32,000 bases of DNA from Prochlorococcus marinus subsp. pastoris str. CCMP1986 (GTDB taxonomy: Bacteria; Cyanobacteriota; Cyanobacteriia; PCC-6307; Cyanobiaceae), in the NCBI RefSeq assembly GCF_000011465.1, contig NC_005072.1:660001-692000 (forward strand). Reading direction: 5' to 3'. Below, piece after piece: positions 29,797 through 32,000 of the stretch. The notes under the pieces are model-generated. The model made no database searches. It was given only the letters and a program-made list of their open reading frames with translations, and had not been told where the DNA came from. The position numbers were made by a program, and so were the translations under genes. Within the stretch, counting starts at the first letter, position 1. Every line of letters begins with the position of its first letter.

Positions 29797-30441
29797 CTAT
29801 ACTGCAATAATCTCTTTTTCAGAAATAATTGCCCATTTTTTAAATGAATTCTTACAAGGATATCCTCCCGTGAGATCTCCAAATGCTGGCAGGTATAATG
29901 TATTATTTTTTTCATCCATTGCAAAACATTTAAAGGATAATTTATCTTTTGAATTTTTTAAAAATGTTTTCGGATGATAGTGTCCGCAAATATTTAAAAT
30001 TTTATTTTCAAATTTTCCTATTGGCTCGTGACTAAATATAAAATTACTAGATCTTTTATATTCAAGAAAGCTTATATTTTTGACTTTGCAACCGATATCA
30101 TGATTGCCCACTATTAATTCAATTTTAATATTTAATGACTCTGAAAGATTTTCAACTTTACTTTTTATAGATTTACTTATTGAATATTTACTATGAAATA
30201 AATCTCCTAGAATAATTAATTTATAAGGTTTATGGTTTTCTACAATTTTTTTTATGCTTAATAAATTTTGTTCATCTGAATTATTTGTAAGAGGAATCCC
30301 ATTCTGCTGAAAATATTCTGCTTTACCGAGATGAACATCACATATTAATAGTTCATTTGTTTGAGGCAAAAGTAATGCTTTTGAAGGGAGCATTTCTAAT
30401 GACGTATCCCCCCAACTTATTGAAAAAGACTTTTTTTGCAT
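29797..30441 (-). CDS. pdeM: Ligase-associated DNA damage response metallophosphoesterase-like protein (PdeM-like)
   Basis: ICDVHLGK, LGDLFHS, VGNHD, CGHYHP metallophosphoesterase motifs; immediately downstream of the helicase. Confidence 0.88.
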   Translation of the reverse strand: MQKKSFSISWGDTSLEMLPSKALLLPQTNELLICDVHLGKAEYFQQNGIPLTNNSDEQNLLSIKKIVENHKPYKLIILGDLFHSKYSISKSIKSKVENLSESLNIKIELIVGNHDIGCKVKNISFLEYKRSSNFIFSHEPIGKFENKILNICGHYHPKTFLKNSKDKLSFKCFAMDEKNNTLYLPAFGDLTGGYPCKNSFKKWAIISEKEIIAV

Positions 30442-32000
30442 TTAACTATTATATTTTTTTATAAGTTTATCTACTCTTTTTTCTATAGATTCATTGCTTA
30501 ATGTATTTTTAAGTCTTTCAACTAATAAAGGAAAAGCAAATGGACTTGGAGTTTTAGTCTCGTTTAATATTATTTTTAAATTAGATAATCTTTCTAAGGA
30601 ATTAGTAATTCGTTTATTTTCTAATTGGTACTCTTTTACTTCTTCATGTGCTTGTTTGATTAGCAGATGACCCTCTTCATATCTAGTAAAAACATCATAA
30701 AAAAGACTTGAACTTATTTGAAGTTGTGATGAACTTTTTGTTTTGGTGGGATTATTTTGATTTACTAATCCACTAATTTGAGCAATGTTTTTAAATCTTC
30801 TCTTTGTTAATTCTGAAAAATTTATTGCATTTTCTAAATCTTCTTCCAAGTTTCTATTTTCTATAAAATATGAAAATTCTTTTTCAATACTTGAAAAGTC
30901 ATAATTTTCTGAAGTGGTTAAGCTAAAACCAAAATCATTTGCAGAAATACTAAATGTAGATTGCTTTTTACTAGCAAATCTTAAAGCCCAAAGAAAAGCA
31001 ATTCCTTCATTAACAAATTTTCCATCAAGTGTAAAAACAAAAAGACTTGTTAATTCTTTAGTTTTATAGATTTCAATAAGTAGTTGATTCTTTTTTGGAA
31101 TATCTGAAAGATCTTTCTGTTTTTTTAAAATTGGAAGTAATGATATTAATTCTTTATTAATATACTGATCATCATTTTCTAAGTTATTGCAAATATCTAG
31201 TTCGCTTCTTAAATTATCACTTAAAAGATCAGAGATAGCCATTTGACCTCCAACCCATGCTGGAATTAAAGAACTTTTATTGGATGATTTTTTTACATAT
31301 AAAGTCATATCTCTAATTTTTATAAACTGAAGCATTTTGCCAGCGAAGTAAAAAGTATCACCTGCTTTTAATTTACTGGCAAAGTTTTCTTCTAAATTGC
31401 CTAATGATTTTCCTTTTAAATATTTTACATTTATAAATTTATCGCTTGTTATTGTTCCAATATTAAACTTATGCATCCTTATTAAAGATTTATCTTTTAC
31501 AAAATATTTGAAGTTATGTTCATCCCCTTTTGATTTTTCTCTTTCTATCTTTTTATATTTTGGATAAGCTTTCAAACATTTTCCTCCATACTCCAAAAAA
31601 TCAATACACCAATCCCAATCTTTATCATTTAGATTTCTGTAACTCCAGCAATCTTTAATTTTTTCTTTCTCAGTAATGGGATTAAAACCTGGCCCACAAG
31701 CTAAACTAACTAGATGCTGAAGAAGAACATCAAAAGATAGTTCAGGGAGCCTAATACTTTCAGATATTCCACTTTTTATTATTCTCCTCATAGCACTAAT
31801 TTCGAGTAATTCTAATGAGTTAGTAGGCATAAAAATTATTTTTGACTTTCCTCCAGGTCTATGAGCACTCCTCCCTGCCCTTTGAATAAGTCGAGCTAAG
31901 TTTTTAGCACTTCCTATTTGTACTATTTGATCAACAGGTTGAAAGTCAATCCCTAAATCTAATGAGCTTGTACAAACAACCCATTTTATAGATCCGTTTT
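30442..32000 (-). CDS. Ligase-associated DEXH-box (Lhr-like) DNA helicase, C-terminal part; 5' end beyond the window
   Basis: Frame stays open to the window edge with CTSSLDLGIDFQPVDQIVQIGSAKNLARLIQRAGRSAHRPG (motifs V and VI), so it extends past the supplied ORF start at 31830. Confidence 0.9.
   Translation of the reverse strand, partial: NGSIKWVVCTSSLDLGIDFQPVDQIVQIGSAKNLARLIQRAGRSAHRPGGKSKIIFMPTNSLELLEISAMRRIIKSGISESIRLPELSFDVLLQHLVSLACGPGFNPITEKEKIKDCWSYRNLNDKDWDWCIDFLEYGGKCLKAYPKYKKIEREKSKGDEHNFKYFVKDKSLIRMHKFNIGTITSDKFINVKYLKGKSLGNLEENFASKLKAGDTFYFAGKMLQFIKIRDMTLYVKKSSNKSSLIPAWVGGQMAISDLLSDNLRSELDICNNLENDDQYINKELISLLPILKKQKDLSDIPKKNQLLIEIYKTKELTSLFVFTLDGKFVNEGIAFLWALRFASKKQSTFSISANDFGFSLTTSENYDFSSIEKEFSYFIENRNLEEDLENAINFSELTKRRFKNIAQISGLVNQNNPTKTKSSSQLQISSSLFYDVFTRYEEGHLLIKQAHEEVKEYQLENKRITNSLERLSNLKIILNETKTPSPFAFPLLVERLKNTLSNESIEKRVDKLIKKYNS

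Overview
AT-rich, gene-dense window that looks like a high-light Prochlorococcus (or very close marine picocyanobacterial) chromosome. This assignment rests on base composition, tiny ORFs and gene content, not on a database search. The left third (about 1-9.1 kb) is a variable region: many small hypothetical proteins, an SDR oxidoreductase, a class I glutamine amidotransferase, a DUF1499-like protein and a K+ channel/TrkA-N protein. The centre (9.4-28.5 kb) is a phosphate/arsenic island: phoB-phoR, a secreted esterase-like phytase/beta-propeller protein, a PhoE/Som-type porin, pstS, chrA-arsJ-gap (arsenate-extrusion type), arsR, acr3, a C-terminal remnant of a phosphonate/phosphite permease (phnE-like), a short Crp-family regulator, a DUF3764-like protein and pstC-pstA-pstB. 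The right end holds a PdeM-like phosphoesterase and a ligase-associated Lhr-like helicase, cut by the window edge. I see no CRISPR, rRNA, tRNA or transposase. The main pathways are known, and I found no clearly new multi-gene system. The best second-look items are: 11-bp-phased TTAAG/TTAAT arrays (candidate Pho boxes) upstream of pstS, the porin and the phytase-like gene; a perfect 24-bp palindrome between arsR and gap; the gap-arsJ-chrA arrangement; the phnE remnant; a 40-aa ORF with an almost complete anti-16S Shine-Dalgarno; and a two-copy small membrane protein family.
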